From the NCBI RefSeq assembly GCF_001194135.2, contig NC_068998.1, forward strand, positions 17,183,564 to 17,247,563: a DNA stretch of 64,000 bases. The letters run 5' to 3'. Under the pieces are notes generated by a model, which was not told the DNA's origin, did no database searches, and worked only from the letters and a program-made list of their open reading frames with translations. The DNA is from Octopus bimaculoides (taxonomy: Eukaryota). Both the position numbers and the translations under genes were made by a program. Positions 62,931 through 64,000 of this stretch are shown here, one piece after another (positions within the stretch are counted from its first letter, which is position 1; each line of letters opens with the position of its first letter).

Positions 62931-64000
62931 GAAAGCACTTGCTCATAGTGCCATGCTGTGGGATTGAACTCAAATCCATGTGGTTGAGAAGCAAACTTCT
63001 TACCACACAGCACCATATAGCCATGCCTAAAAAAGAATGGTATTTTACTTCTTGAGTGATGGGTACGTGTGGTTTCAATAAAGAAACTGCTGTTTGTTAG
63101 ACAGGAAATGCCATAATATCCTGAATATTTAGTCTTTAGTTTGAGGCAGAGATTACCCATCCATGTGCTGATATTATTTAAAATGGCTTAGAATCTATTC
63201 AGAGTGTTTTATCTTAGTAAGAGACATTGAACAACTTAAAAGACTTGAGAGAGGTCATATGCTTAGCTTTATATCAAGGGTACCAAAGTAATTAGAGAAT
63301 TGACAAATGTATGTGTTGACTCTAATGGTATGCAGTATGAAGCCCTGCTGAGTATTCTGCATGTTACTGATAAGGTTGTAATCTTATTTGATTGGCAACA
63401 GTTGCCAATTTTAACATCAAGTATTCATGCTGGGAAAATTCTGCTCAGAGATTGCCTTGAATGTTTTCTTATATTAAATGTTGAAACAGAATTTCTAATT
63501 TGTATTCATAATTTTAATGTTCTAGCACTCACAAAAGGGACACGTAATTCTATTTGTCTTCTCAATGAGGTGTGCTGCCTGTGAAAGATTAACCTGTTTA
63601 TTGTCTGCTCATTATGTTTCGGTGGGGGCGGGACTGACTTCTCTTATCAAAGTGTATGCCACTCTGCTCAGTGGAAAGAAGTTAGCAGCTGCCATTTTAA
63701 TTACCAATCTTCCGGTCACCGTTAATTTAAATTAATTTTGTTAGCTTAAAAATTGCACTCAATATCAGAGATATCTTTAAACTATGCATCTGTATTAGCC
63801 AAAAGCTTCTTGTCACCAAACACAGGTAGATTCTAAAGCATTCATTAACATGTAGAAGCTTTATAAATGGAATGATCAGATTTGGAAACAACAGTATTAA
63901 TGAATGCCGGCTGGGCTGTTGTCATTAGCCTCTCCACATAACAGCAGTGATTAGTGAAGTCAGTGGCTTTTGAAATAACAGCATTAATGAATAAAATTAT

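Noticed and set aside
63300-63584. 94-aa ORF in unique sequence
   Set aside because: Non-ATG start in the sequence, no recognisable domain, and a length compatible with chance.

Overview
This is a 64-kb AT-rich eukaryotic draft-assembly window, about 10% N gaps and very dense in microsatellites. I can support no host protein-coding exon, rRNA, true tRNA gene or CRISPR array, so it reads as intronic or intergenic DNA. The SINE families and repeat style recall a cephalopod (Octopus-like) genome; that is inference from memory, not a search. Recognisable content is transposon-derived: several tRNA-headed SINE families (my labels A, B1/B2, C, H), a (GAT)n-tailed retroposon (D), four RTE-clade LINE relics, two tandem 3' ends of a probable RLE-type LINE in (CATA)n, two DD34D mariner relics, three DD37D maT-type relics, a pogo-like element with TIRs and TA duplication, hAT-like MITEs, a foldback MITE family and three Helitron relics. 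The most interesting signal is a set of Penelope-type termini carrying minimal hammerhead-ribozyme motifs. One (14479-14910) is joined to a tRNA-derived Pol III head and bracketed by an inverted duplication, making it a candidate ribozyme-bearing, Penelope-mobilised SINE. Several fold-back palindromes occur near these termini. Coordinates were counted by hand, and the edges of decayed elements are approximate.
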